In this document: one piece after another, positions 28,125 to 41,943 of the stretch
How the letters are laid out: each line of letters opens with the position of its first letter
Position numbering within the stretch: position 1 is the first letter of the stretch
Source of the DNA: Octopus vulgaris
Lineage: Eukaryota
Length of the DNA stretch: 64,000 nt
Reading direction: 5' to 3'
Assembly (NCBI GenBank): GCA_951406725.2
Contig: OX597819.1
Location: 66,774,001 to 66,838,000 of the forward strand
Made by a program: the position numbers and the translations under genes
The notes under the pieces: generated by a model
Database searches by the model: none
The model's input: only the letters and a program-made list of their open reading frames with translations
Told to the model about the DNA's origin: nothing

Positions 28125-29125
28125 TTTATCTAGTTTCAGCTCACAAGATGTTGCCATGCTGGGGCACCGCCATTTGGTGTTGCTACATGATTTTACTTCA
28201 CGAATGCTTTTTAGCAATTGCCATTTGGTGCATGAGAGAGTTCGATGCAGCTGTCCTCATCTACACCTCCTGCCGTGAAGTTTATTCACCTGGGACACCT
28301 GACAAGAAGAGATCCAGTTTTATTTTAAAGACATCTGCATCTACCCCATGCAGGTCTCTTAAGTTCTTCGGGAGGATATTGAAGAGCTGTGGGCCTCAGA
28401 AGCCCAGGCTATCACAGTATCTTGTCCTACATCTTGATGGCAAATTTGGAGTCATTGGCACTATCCAGTGGCGCCCAGTTCTTGCATTTGTGTAACTCTC
28501 GATGCCAAAGTTTGAGACAAGTCCTTCTAGGATCTTCCAGATATATATTATGGCATATCTTTCTCGCCTACGCTCTAAGGAATAGAGTCTCAATCTCTTG
28601 AGTCTTTCCCAATAGCTTATATGTTGCACAGAGTCTATCTTCTTCGTGTAGCTTCGTTGGATCGCCTCAAGTTCTGTGATTAACTTGAGAGCAATAATCA
28701 AAGTGGCTTAGGACAAGTGTCTTCCAGAGGACCATCACGGTTTCCTGGTCTCTTGTTCTAAAGCTTCTAAGAAACCATCCGGTCAGCCGCCTACATTTCA
28801 TTGCCAATTTAGCAACATGCACATGAAAGGTTGCATCATCACTCATGTAAATACCCAGGTCTCGCACTGATTGTGCCTCTGGGATTGCAATCCCACCAGG
28901 TCCAGTGTATTTATTGGGTATTGCATGCTGATAGCAAAAAGCTTGAAACTTTTCAGCATTGAACTGCATGCTATTCTTTTCAGCCCACTTGTATATTTTG
29001 TCCAGCTCACATTGCAGGTGCTTAGTGTCTTCATGGTTTTGTATTGCCTGTGAAGCTTTTGTGTCATCTGCATAACTTGTGATCGTGGCTCTCTGCGTGG
29101 CTGAGGGCATGTCTGAGAGGGCCAT
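28125..29125 (-). mobile_element. CR1-group LINE 3' portion (RT YADD to end), internal deletion near 28700
   Basis: SYADDTK, KWAEKNSMQFNAEK, VRDLGIYM, LVLSHFDYCS, LEAIQRSYTKKI, YWERLKRLRLYSLERRRERY. Confidence 0.88.
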
Positions 29126-29171
29126 TATATATATATATATATAATGTATTTCACTTAATACATATATATAT

Positions 29172-29400
29172 AAAACTATAAATTAGGGTATCTGAGAGAT
29201 ACCACCATGCTGAAATAGCAGTCAAAACCCTGATCTTAAAACCACCTTAAATGTTCATATCATGCCATGAGAGAAGATAAAGACAAAATAAACTGGCAAA
29301 AAAGATTTTACAGGATAATTCAAGATCCTGGATTTCTGTCTTTGCTTCAGGGAAGCTCTGCATTCTTCAGTTGATATACCAGATAAGCACATAAATACAT
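29172..29400 (-). mobile_element. ~230-bp HHR-bearing element (homologue at 63685-63907)
   Basis: Shared TAGGGTATCTG..AGATACC..CATGCTGAAA..AGCAG...CATAAATACA. TA-rich flanks. Confidence 0.7.
29320..29374 (-). ncRNA. Type-I hammerhead ribozyme motif (intact core)
   Basis: TCAA-CTGAAGA-A-TG...CA-GAAA-TCC-A-GGA-TC-TTGA. Confidence 0.7.
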
Positions 29401-30799
29401 ATATATGGCTGTAATTATTTATGTATGTATAAATGCATTTGTGTTTTTCTTACATAAGCACGTGTTATAGATGCAAATGTGTATATATAGGCGTTGGTGT
29501 GTCTATGTAACTATTTATGTCTGTATGTACTGTATGTATGCATGTTTCTATGTGTATATTCTGTATGTATATATGCATATATGTATACATACCTGCATGC
29601 CCATATTTATGTATGTATATATGCATGTATGTATGCGTATCTGTATGTATAGATGTGTGCGTCTTGTGTGTCTTTATTTAAAGAAGATTATTTATATTTC
29701 TATATCTATCGATCTATCTGAAGGCGAATCAATCTCATACCAGCTTACATCCCTTAAACTCTCTCAATCCCCGTACGTGATTACGCTTGTGCGCATGCGT
29801 CGGAATAATTAGGAAAATTCTAAACGTAAATGATCTCAGGGGGCATATCAGTATAAATATAGACTTCTAAGTTTATACACACGCACACACACACAAACAC
29901 ACACACACACACACACACGCACACACACACACACACATATATATATAAACAGATACAGACACAAATACACACACAAAATATATATGTGTGTGTGTGTGTG
30001 CGTGTTTCTTTGTGTGCATTTTCGTAAACGCAGCTTCTATTTGCTTAATTTAATTCATTTATCTGTGTACTTCTATATAGGTCTAATGATGAATAGACGC
30101 TAGTTAATAAATATTGACGTTGCTGCATATTCACGTGGAATCATACAAGTGCTGACCGCAGCAATACGCCATATTTAGTTAAGTTTCATAACAAGCATCA
30201 GTAAGAAATATCTCTATTTGTGATGCTGAACGTGTGTAGACATATATTTTTAACATTGTCAGTTATATTTAGACACATACGAATATACACATAAATGCAC
30301 TTATTCGCAAACAAGTACATGTATGCGCCTCATATCGGTAAAGAGAATTACACACATACGCTAAATACGCACGCACTCATATGCGCACATATAATCGCTC
30401 CTAAGCACGCACATAAATTTCTATTTTGGTTCTCTTGTTTTTAGTATTTCAACAGTACATTCAGTGCATTTATATTTCAACATAATGTCAAACTCATATG
30501 AAGAATGAATGCTTCATCCATATATACTTACTTTGTTATATATACTTACTTTGTTCTGTGCTGATCTAATTTTCTTTGAAAAGAATAACAAGAAAGCCTT
30601 TATATATTCACATTTTAAAGATAATTTCCTTCTTTCTTTATATTTAAGCTGCATTTGCATGTAACTTCAATACACTGAATTGAAATAACTTCGTTCAAAC
30701 TTTTTTATGCAAATTTAAATTTGCTGACATTATTACAACAGCTCATCAATAATTTCTCAAAATCGAACGTTTAGTTATAGCTCGTCTTTAATTTCCCGC

Positions 30800-31345
30800 T
30801 CTCAGTCCAACCATCTTCTCCGCCAAATTTCCTGATAGGATAATAGGTAATATGCTCGTGGAATCTTATCAGCAGTAACCGTCATAAAAGTGGTTTCCCT
30901 AGCGTGACGAGCCGATACAATGAACATTGTCCAATCACCTTGCTCGTGGTCCAACACTAATTTCCCTAATTGTTGGCTAGAATTGAAGAATCTGTGTTGT
31001 GAAACTTTCCTGCAAAATTCAGATTGCATGCTCATAGTACAAGGGCGTTGATCTATCAATGGGGAGAAGAAGCGGTTCGACCCAGACATTCCCTGATCTC
31101 CGAGTTTATTCCACTTTGAACGCGATCGGTACAAAATCATTTCAGACCATAGTTCTGAAAACCGAGATGAAGATAGCAACTTTGGGTTTTCCTATCTGCC
31201 TCTCTTTTTCTGAGTCTCGAATGAAGGTAAAGCATTACCGTGCCAGCACCTACAATTCCGGCACCAGATTTTGATCCCTGCATCCCATCATTTGTGAGTA
31301 AACTTCTCTACTTCTCTCAGTCATGTTCCAATTAGAGACATCAAT
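30800..31345 (-). mobile_element. Highly degraded RTE-clade LINE fragment
   Basis: LTNDG...IVGAGTVM...KRE..RK.KVAIFISVFRT, VEPLLLPIDRS and RRRWLD resemble the RTE C-terminal region. Confidence 0.55.
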
Positions 31346-31404
31346 ATCATCCACAATTCTGCGACTGTGGTGCCCAATGTATGCACTATTCTAAGCCTTA
31401 AGTA

Positions 31405-32650
31405 TTGGGTCATCCCTAAATAAAGTGTTTTTTTATACTTTTATTTTTCAAAATTAAGATTAAGTTCTTTTAATCTACAATACACTCTCTTTCATCTATC
31501 TGGTAAAACTGCAAGGCCCCTCTTCCAAAATTCACTTGTCTGTGACGAAAATACCCCTCTCGTACTGTTCTGATCTCGTCTACAGAATTCGTATATCTTC
31601 CGTCCAAATGATTTTGAAAATTGTGGAATAAATCTTATTTAAATGGGGAAATATCCGGCGATATATAAAGGGTGGGGCATCGTTTCCCATTCAAACTGCT
31701 CCAATCTTTGGAATGCCATCCTCTATGTATGTGGCTGAGCATTATCCTGATGGAAGAACACCTTTCGTCTTGAAACCTAAGATGGTCGTTTTTTCTTCTA
31801 GCGTTAACCCGTTCAAGATGCTCCCAGTTGATCTCCTTTCATATCGTTTGGTTTGGGTTTATAAGCTCAAAGTGGACTAAACTTTTCATATCCCTCCAAC
31901 CAGATAACAACTTCTCACACGGGAGAAGACCTTTAACTTTCAGGGCAGGTGTTTCTCCTTTCGCTACTCATTCTCATCGGCGCTTCATATTTTAATAGAG
32001 AACCCATTTCTCGTCACCAGTTGCTATTCAGTTAAAAGAAGATTCATGTGTGAGACGTGACAGCAAAGAAGAGCACACATTCACTCTCTGAGTGCGATTA
32101 GACTTGAAAAGTTTCTAAGGAACCCATTGACCCAATTTGCTGACTTTTTCGATGGCATGCACGTGACGATGAATAGTTGAATGACCGAATCGAAACTTCT
32201 CTGCAAGTTCCTCAAAAGTTACGATGGGATTTTGTTCCACCAGGGTGTGCAGGACGTTGTCGTTGAGCTCTACAGATATTCTAGGATGGGGCTCGTCTTC
32301 TACGCTGTAATTTCCGGTCCGGAATTTCTGGAACCAATGTTGACACTGGCTTATGCCTATTGTCCGATCCCCAAATACTGCATTCCTCCCACTTACCGTT
32401 CCGTTGTTGCCTTTATTGAACTTATAAACCAAAATATGCTGAATATGCTCCTTTGTTACTTCCATTATAGCTTTGAAAAAATAACTGTTAAAATTGAACT
32501 GCACTCTTCAAAATTTGCACCAAGAATAAGTACAAGGTGAAATTACTATCTTTCTTTATAACAAGTTGATGCAGTTTATTTATCCGACCTTCATCCGACT
32601 TTTAGTTCATGCAATTGAAAAAAACCTGCATTATTTAAGGGATGATCCAA
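31405..32650 (-). mobile_element. Full-length degenerate mariner (Tc1/mariner) transposon, ~1.25 kb
   Basis: TIRs TTGGGTCATCCCTAAATAA and revcomp TTGGATCATCCCTTAAATAA, with TA on both sides (31403-4, 32651-2). Confidence 0.9.
31470..32465 (-). pseudogene. Mariner transposase pseudogene
   Basis: MEVTKEHIQHIL..., WFQKFRTGNYSVEDEPH, KLGQWVP, LVTGDEKWVLY, HQDNAQPH, SPDISP. Multiple stops and frameshifts. Confidence 0.85.
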
Positions 32651-33169
32651 TATTTTAAAATACGTTTTATCTAGCTTATTCTCGTTTATCTGACTTTATA
32701 AAACATATCTCTATTTAAAAGAAAAGTACCTTGGAGAAGTGTCTTCCACTATCGCATCGGACCAACCAAAGAGCTGTCAGTTCATTTCGTAGATGGAAAA
32801 TGAAAAATGCCCGCCGTATATACATGTGTGCGTGTGTGTGTTTGATTGTCCCCATTACCGCTTGACAAACGGTGCTGGTATGTTTACGTCCTCGTAGCAT
32901 TGCGGTTCGGCGAAACATAGAATACATACCAGGTCTAAAAATATATACCGGGGTGGCTAAAATATCTTCATTGCGCTGCCTCATTATTGCCACAGTCTAA
33001 TTGCTAAAACAAGTGAGCGATAAAAGACAAATAAGTGAAAAATAGCTGGTAGCAGAATTAGTGATTTCAAACAGAAAACATACATCAGGTCTAAAATGGA
33101 CAATGCCTTGTAAATAGCCTTTTTACTATAGACACAATGTCTGAAATATGTGGGCAGTGGCCAGTGGAT

Positions 33170-33520
33170 TAGATCGATCCTAGTACTTACTTCATCGACC
33201 CCGAAATGAGAAAAGACATAGTCGACCTCGGCGGAATTTGAACTCACAATAGAGCGACAGCCGAAATACTACAAAGCATGTCGCCCAGCGCACTAACGAT
33301 ACTTATTTCTTTGGGGTAAACATAGACGGAGCAAACCAGAACAGACAGAGGGATAAGTCGATTACATCGGCCCCAGTGCGTAACTGGTACTAAATTTATC
33401 GACCCCGAAATAACGAAAGGCAAAGGGCAACTCGGCGGAATTTGAACTCAGAACGTAGCGGCAGACGAAATACCGCAAAACATTTCGCCCGGCGTGCTAA
33501 AGTTTCTGTCACCTCACCGC
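33170..33520 (-). mobile_element. Two tandem SINE (family C) copies
   Basis: GTCGACCTCGGCGGAATTTGAACTCA, CCCCAGTGCGTAACTGGTAC. Revcomp of 62701-62918. Confidence 0.75.
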
Positions 33521-34412
33521 CACTTGCTTTGTAAGTATAATGATTCACATGAAGAAATTTAACTGAGAATGAACAAAAAAAAAATCAGGAAAATCAAAAA
33601 CAATCCTTATAGACCCTGCTTTTATATATATATATATATATACTTTCAGCACTTAATGACTTGCTTTGCGTAAGTAGAATAGTAATTTTTAGCAAAGTCA
33701 AATCAAAATTCTTCCTTCAAAACAAAGATTCTTTAGACAAACTTTTAATTAAATCACTTACGAACCCATTATACTTGACTCAACCATATTCGACGTAATA
33801 AAAAAACGTTCACTGAAACTCACATTTATCTACGTCTCACCAAATATATACCAATTCGTTTAAAATTGCAGTGGATGATACATAAACGAGAAACAAAAGA
33901 GGCAAGGAGAATTATATAGATATGTAGGAGGAGGGCGGAGAGGAAAAAAAATAACGATTTAATCAATAAGGAGTTATCATTTAAATTGGAAGTAAATGAT
34001 AATATAATGCAGTATTATCCGACATTTTATCTAATCACTAATGCTTTGCTGAAATTAAATACAAAGCTATGATATTAAACGTAAATATTTTGGAAATTCA
34101 AAGGCAAGAAGAAAATAAATGCATGCCAAAAGCGATATGTGGTCGCCATTTTGTATTCTAACTCTGATTAATGGTGAAGTTAAAACACAATGGAAAAGAG
34201 AGAAACGGGGAAAAAAAATATATTGTCATGGAATTGATTAAAAAAAAAAGAAGAGAAACGTTATGACTGATTTTTTAACAATTTATCCCAGACCAAATGC
34301 ATGAACTTATCTAAAAGTGTCTGGCTTTAAACAACGGTATGTTCTCTATTATTTACAAACAAAACACAAATACATAAATACAGATATGAACACATATGTA
34401 TGTGTATACATA

Positions 34413-34500
<88 letters not shown>

Positions 34501-34860
34501 AGTATATATGCAAGTATATGTGTGTCTGCTTCTGCGCGTTTGTGGAGTGTGTGAGAAGTGTGACTCTGTATGATCTTGCAGCATATGTATGTATGTACGT
34601 CAGGAGTTTGATCCTCGGACCAAGCAGTGTGTTGTGTTCTTGAACAAAACACTTTAACTCATGCTGTCCCAGTTGACAGCTGTAGAAATGAGCTGCGACA
34701 TCACTGGTGCAAAACTATATCGGTCTTTGCCTTGCCCTTAGATAGTATTGGTAACGCGGAGAAGGAAGGGTGATCTTCGGGACACGGCAATCCTGGGACT
34801 TGTGCCTCGGAGGATAACATTCTAAGGGCACTCACATGTTCATTCATGACAAAAGGAGGT

Positions 34861-34905
<45 letters not shown>

Positions 34906-35039
34906 AAGTTCCAGGTTCAGTCCCACTGTGTGGCATCTTCAGCAACTTTCTTCTACTATTGTCTCGGGTTGACTAAAGCTTTGTGAATGGGTTTAGTAGA
35001 CGAAAACTGAGAGAAATGCGTTGTATATATGTGTGTGTA

Positions 35040-35094
<55 letters not shown>

Positions 35095-35447
35095 TTTATT
35101 TTATTTGTTTCAGGCAATTGACTGCGGTCATGCTGGAGCACCGCATTTAGTCCAACGAATCGATCACTTATTGTTTGTAGGCCTACTACGTATTCTAGCG
35201 GACTCTTTTTTGTCAAACCTTTAGGTTACGGATATATAAACACACCAGGATCGATGGTCAAGCGATGGTAGACAAAGACAAACATTTACATATATTTCAT
35301 TCTATCAATTCCCCTCACAATGCTTTGATATACCCGAGGCTGTAGTAGAAGACACTTGCCCAAGGTGCAACGCAGTGGGACTGAATCCGGAACCATGCGG
35401 TTGTGTGTATGAATGTATGTATGTATGTACGTTTGTATGTATGTATG

Positions 35448-35479
<32 letters not shown>

Positions 35480-36095
35480 GTCAAGATCGATTAACGAACA
35501 AGTTGAATAACCTGGAAAATACCGACATATAGAACTATAAGCGCTTAGTTAAACGCTTAAAAGACAAATATTATTAAATCTACATAGTGACAATAAAATC
35601 TGTGTGGTATATAATCATAGAGAAAGGAAGAGAGAGTGAGAAAGAAAGGGATAGAGAGGGAGATCAATGAGAGTGAGATAAGGAAAGGCGAGCAGCAATA
35701 TATCACTGCCATTTTACAAGATGGAGTCAAGTAGGTCGTTATAAATGTACGATTCGCAAGTGACATGTGCGTAGATGTTTTAGACTCTGTTTCGTATATT
35801 CTATGCCTGTATACTTCATTTCCTTTGCTTTTTGTAGGGACAGCACTTGAATGATATTGATGAGTGTACGTAGTGTGTGTGTGTGTGTGTAAATAGTGAG
35901 GAAGCAGTACAGAGATGTAAGTGGTAAGCATAGTTATTGTGTGCACAACTATGCAATATTAAACGGTGCAATATCAAGCCGCAGGAGTTTGATCGAAAAT
36001 CTAGGAACTATTGAATGTGATGGCACTTGGGTTAATTAGATTCTTCTAGCTAAATAATCTTACTTACGTGTGCATGTATACACTCGCGGGCGCAC

Positions 36096-36144
<49 letters not shown>

Positions 36145-36324
36145 CGTATGTGTGTGTGTATACATACATACACACACACACACACACTGCATACCTTTGG
36201 ATATCCTTGTTGCATATTTTGATTATAATCACCCTATTTTGCATAATATGGATAATACAATACTAAATTCTGGTGCTTTTAACTTAAGTACAATATTCAA
36301 CTGAATCTAAATTTTACTGAACTT

Positions 36325-36540
<216 letters not shown>

Positions 36541-36699
36541 TGTGATGGACCGCTAAATGCAAAAGTTTTTTTTTCTCTCTCTTTATTTAGAAGAATGATG
36601 ATTGCCTCTTCTCTCAACCAGAAGGTTTTTAGGATCAAGGAGCTCATTCTACGAGCTATATCGACCTTATTGTTGATGTGAGCACACGAGCTGAGATTG

Positions 36700-37700
36700 T
36701 TTCAGCAATTATTCCCAGGTCTCTGATATTATTAGATGGTGTGATGGTGTGAGTCTTTCTTCCAAAATGCATCAGCTTAAATTTTCCCTCGTTTAATTGG
36801 ATTTTGTTTTTGTCATCCATTGTCATACAGCATGTGGATCGGACTGGATTTCGGTTAGGTCTTCTTCTCCATTGATAATTTTCTGGAGCTTGGTGTCATC
36901 AGCGAATATTTTCACTTTGTTGTACTTTATGACGCTGGAAAGGTGGTTTGTATAGACTATAAACAGAAGCGGGCCCACGACTGGTGACTTTTCCTGGGCT
37001 TGAATGAATTCCACCGATCACAACATGTTTTCTGTTCTCCATGAAATACTCAGTTTAGTAGTTTTCCACGGATTACAACACTAGATAATTTTGATAGTAG
37101 AATATTGTGATCAACACTGTGGAACTATGACTTCAGATTTCGAACCTGTTCTCAAGGCTTTAAGCACAACATCGACGTGGATTAAGAGCTGTCTTAAAGA
37201 GTTCCTACCTTAGCGGAAGCCATCCTAGTTTGAATTTAGGAAATTGTGGCTCTCCAGGAAGCCAGCTATCCTTGATTTCACCTCCCTTTCAAGAACTTTA
37301 ACGATATGGGAGGTGAGTGAGATTGGGCGATAGTTGACTGCGGGGGATCTGTTTTGATGTTTGAAAACCGAGATGAAAGACTGGGATACGAGCTGTTTCG
37401 TTATATAAACTGAGTCTAAAAATTTTTTCCTGAGGTTGGTTATATGGACTGTTACTTGGTGTCTACATTCCTTCAGGAGCTAGCGAGAAATATATCAGGA
37501 GCCTACAGCAGAATAATATTTGGTCGCACTTATTGCTGCTATGATGTCTGAAACAGGAAAGGTTATGTCCGAGATTATATGTTGATGATCGATTTCGTTC
37601 TCATCCCTTGCGTCAATGCCAGTAGAATCACAAAGGACAGAACAATGTTGTTACCGCAGTACTTCTGCCATTTTTTAGCGTCATCTTGGAGAACACCGTT
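36700..37700 (-). mobile_element. Degraded CR1-group LINE RT fragment
   Basis: NYRPISLTSHIVKVLER, GFR.GRNS, GPLLFIVYTN, KIFADDTKL. Confidence 0.75.
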
Positions 37701-37871
37701 GCCCTCGATCAGTGGACCAACCGGTGGAACAACGACCCTATGCTCATTTGCATATGAAGAGAACAATTTTGGGTGCTGCTTGATTTTACGTTATATGTAT
37801 ATCTACATATAGATCTATATAACACACACATACACACACATATATGTATAGAGAGAGAGATACATAGATAG

Positions 37872-37940
<69 letters not shown>

Positions 37941-37941
37941 G

Positions 37942-37989
<48 letters not shown>

Positions 37990-38413
37990 GGGTGTATGTA
38001 AATAGATATATGCATATTAATATGTATATGTTTGGAATGAGAGCGAGAGAGAATAAACACGACTATGTTGTAAAATATCTTTTTGCTTCAGGGTTGTTTT
38101 TACCTACGGATTGTTGTTTGTTTGAAACAGTAGAGTTCCTGATACAATTTCATCAGCCACTTTCTTTAAAAGTAGTGGGGGGGGGGCAAAATTCAACATG
38201 TGTCAGTAAATAAAAGACAGCATCACTTCGTATACCGAAGTTTAGATATACACACGACACAACTGTGTGATAAACGATCTTACGAAAATAATTCTGCCTC
38301 GCAAATTGCAAATAGTCTCACGCCAAATATGAATAAAAATCGATTATGAACATTATCAAATGGAACTTATTCGTGATTTCAACTCATCATGTTCGAAAAC
38401 AAAAGCTATTTTC

Positions 38414-38461
<48 letters not shown>

Positions 38462-39319
38462 GGAGCAAATAACTCAGGAGAAAATATCTGCGAAGATATT
38501 ATTGACTCTGTTATTGTCTAGTGTAACTATTAAAAATGATAATAATTGAATAATAATAATATAGTCGATTGCAGGCACCAAAAAACATGAAATAGCTGAA
38601 GGATTAAAATCAATAAAAGGAAATACTAAGTATGTCTACCTGCTCTTATTGAATCAGATTAATGTTAATCCTTCATCCATTTAAATGCCTTTAGTCGAAG
38701 TAATTGACCGCATGACTTATCTTTTGTAAGCCTAGTACTTATTCTATCCCTAAGTTTGTTGTTCATAAACACAGGAAAATCAGCTGCTAAGCGATGGTGA
38801 GGCGAAACACACACAAATATATATACATATATGCACATATATACATACACGATGGTCTTCTCTCAGTTTCCGCCTACTAAATCCACCCACAAGGATTTGA
38901 TCGGCACAAGGCGCAACGGTTGTAGCAACAGGTGCATCGGTAGGAGATACTTTATCTTTTTGTTTTCCCTCTTTCACTCATAGAAGAGCGGCTCTGCTGG
39001 GGCTTAATCAAATATTTTGGCAGTGTTTTAAATAATATGTTCATATTGTAAATGTGTATAAAGAGCGAGATAGTATGATGGACATAAATCGGTTTATTGC
39101 CTAGATTTACCTGGGATTTTTTTAAAAATCTGAACCTTCATGAAAGTGCCGGCCAACATCCATATCCTATAGAAAAAGATGACTTCTGGACATTATCTCC
39201 TGCTTATATTCTTCTAACTAATTCTTCTATTTACTCTTTATTCTTCTATTTTATTCCTTCTAATTTGTGAATTTTATTTCTTGTAAATTGTAAATTTTCC
39301 CTGTCTAAAATGTTCATAC

Positions 39320-39395
39320 CTTGTCCCTGATGACGGAATACCAGTGCAGGGACATGCTAACCATCCTCTAGAGTTATCCCCAAAACAGCTGTAAA
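39320..39395 (+). ncRNA. Degenerate HHR-like motif
   Basis: CTGATGA(39327)-CGG...CC-AAAA-CAGCTG-TA. GAAA is mutated and stem I is poor. Confidence 0.35.
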
Positions 39396-39686
39396 ATTTC
39401 AAGTTTACTTTACCATAATTAAATTATCCTAAATGACTTTAAATACTCGTTCTGGCTTCGTCTTGATATTTCCTATAATATAATATATATAACATAATAT
39501 AATATAAGCAAAATATGAGTTACAGGTTATCCATCCATATAAGGGATAATGTATCGGTAGACTTAACTACAATTAAACTATGATTTTTTTAAATATAAGG
39601 ATGATCAAGTTCTCATTGGTAATTATTGGTCTATTTCTTTTCTTCTCTCTCTCTCTCAGAGAGAGAGAGAGTGCGTGTGTGTGTAA

Positions 39687-39727
<41 letters not shown>

Positions 39728-39751
39728 TATACAAACATATATATACATAAG

Positions 39752-39789
<38 letters not shown>

Positions 39790-40714
39790 TATACTGTATA
39801 TACACACACACACACACACATATATATGTATGTGTGTGTGTTTGTGTGTGTATGTATGTGTGTAAACATAGAGAAGTTAGCATGTATCATGCTCAGAATT
39901 ATGCATGATCAGCTATTGTTTTCTGTTTACATAGAGTAAAACATTACAGTGCATTTGCTTGAATGTACGCCAGCATTTATTCAGGGAAAAATAGAATTGG
40001 AGTTTATATTGTATAGCAAAACGTAAGAACATCTTCACTCTTACGTCAACGATACCTATGTGGAACAGCCATGTACGAGATCTCCTTACATACCATCAAT
40101 CAATCGTAATTATGATTTTCTGCGTTTGCATTTCAAGTACTTGCTGACATGAAATTCCGCTGATTTTCTGAATTCAGTTGTCATTCATGAAGCGAGTGTC
40201 CATGCTGTCAGTATATTTCAAAATTCGACTATTTGATGTGCATTATTCCTCTGAGCACTAGGTGCACTTAATTATGTTGTCTTCATTTTCAAATATATAC
40301 ATTCTACATTGTTGCGTGCGCAATTTTAAACACAAGCATAATATATACATTCATTAATTATTCGCTACATTGTTGTTGTTAAGTAAAATAAATTCGTTTA
40401 GGCAATAAATCAAACATTAATCTTTGTCATAATTCGTACTAAGAAAATTAACATAATAGAATACAAGCAGAGTCAGGTATTCAAGATGGATGCCACACGT
40501 AGAGGATTGAACAACAAGAAAAGTCTGTCATTCTTCCCTCAAGTAAAATATTTGCTCTGTTAAAAGCATTATGGCATGATGTAATGTAGATAAACTTTGT
40601 TAAGATAAGAGAAAATTTTAACTGATTAATAATTTCAAATTTACAAAAGTAAAGGTACAAACAGATCAACCACAACGTCATTTACGCATATGCATACATA
40701 CACATACATATACG

Positions 40715-40760
<46 letters not shown>

Positions 40761-40783
40761 CATATATATATATATATACATAC

Positions 40784-40814
<31 letters not shown>

Positions 40815-41623
40815 ACGGGAAGCTTTATGAAAATAGACAAAAGACGAAGGCAGGTGGAATACAAACAAACAATTGTATTAGTATGGCGCTCAGGAAATAT
40901 AAATAAAACAAGTCTTTAACGTTTCGAGCCTACGCTCTTCAACAGAAAGATACACAGAGAAGAAACACATAAAGAAGGAGAGAAAAAAATGCGTGCAGAG
41001 GCTAGCGAATCAACATGGCGATCTGATTTCGGCCAGAAGTCAAAGATCAAACGTGTGACGCAAGAGCGAAATTAGGGGAGATAATAGGGTTAAATGACCT
41101 CGCTCCAGAATAAGAGTGTGTGTGTGTGTATGAGAGAGTATTAGTGCGTATGAGAGGTCTGGACGTGTGTATGTATATATGATGTGATGTGTAAAGTCGT
41201 ATGGTGTAGTGTAGAGAGAGGAGATGATTGAAGAGGGGGGAGGTAAGTGGGAGAGATGAGGGTGAGAGAGGGGAGGGGGAGGGAGGAGAAAGAAAGGGGA
41301 GAAGAGGGGAGACGGAAAGGGGATAAGAGGAGGGGGAAGGGGGAGAAGGAAGGAGAGGATAAGAGGAGGGGAGAGGAGGAGGGAGGATAGAGGGAGAGGG
41401 GGAGAGAGAGAGAAGGGGAGTGAGGGAGCAGAGAGAGAGAGGGAAGCGGAAGAGGGAAGAAGGAGGGAGGGAGAAAGAGGGAAGAAGGGAAGAGGAGTAG
41501 GGGTGAAAGGATGAAGGACTGAAGAGAAGTAGGGGTCGGGGGGAGGTTAGATGAGGAGTAAACACATAAATGTGAAACAAGGTGGAAAAAAGAGGACTCA
41601 AATATCAGAGGTAGAGTAATGTG
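40815..41623 (-). mobile_element. Non-coding PLE-like element: 19.4-kb family tail + CT-rich tract + second HHR family
   Basis: 41555-41623 is the revcomp of tail 19459-19528. Purine-rich (plus strand) tract at 41210-41550, HHR at 40913-40950, (TA)n on both sides. Confidence 0.7.
40913..40950 (-). ncRNA. Minimal type-I hammerhead motif (A6 to T variant)
   Basis: TCTTT-CTGTTGA-A-GAGC-GTAG-GCTC-GAAA-CG-TT-AAAGA. Stems I and II are perfect. Confidence 0.6.
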
Positions 41624-41642
41624 TATATATATATATATATAT

Positions 41643-41766
41643 ACTTTATTTAAAAGCCACAGAAATTCAACAAAACCTGTTACTCGGAGTTTCACGTTCC
41701 GACGAACGGGAACGAGAAACTCCGAGTAACAGGTTTTGTTGAATTTCAGCTGCTTTTAAATAAAGT
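41643..41766. mobile_element. Fold-back of the 19.3-kb HHR family (58-bp arms, 8-bp spacer)
   Basis: 41643-41700 versus 41709-41766 are near-perfect revcomp. Contains GACGA-ACG-GGAA-CG(A/T)-GAAA-CTCCGAG-TA-ACAG. Confidence 0.85.
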
Positions 41767-41943
41767 TCATATATATACACCTGGTATACACCTACTACAC
41801 CTGGTAGTAGAAATCGATGCTAGATGTGTCGAAACAATTGTGATTAACATAAATTCTTGTATGTTCCATCTTCTGTTTTTCATTTGTAGAAATACATACA
41901 TCCGGAGAAGAAGCACATCCTAGAAGATAGGGCTGTTAATATT

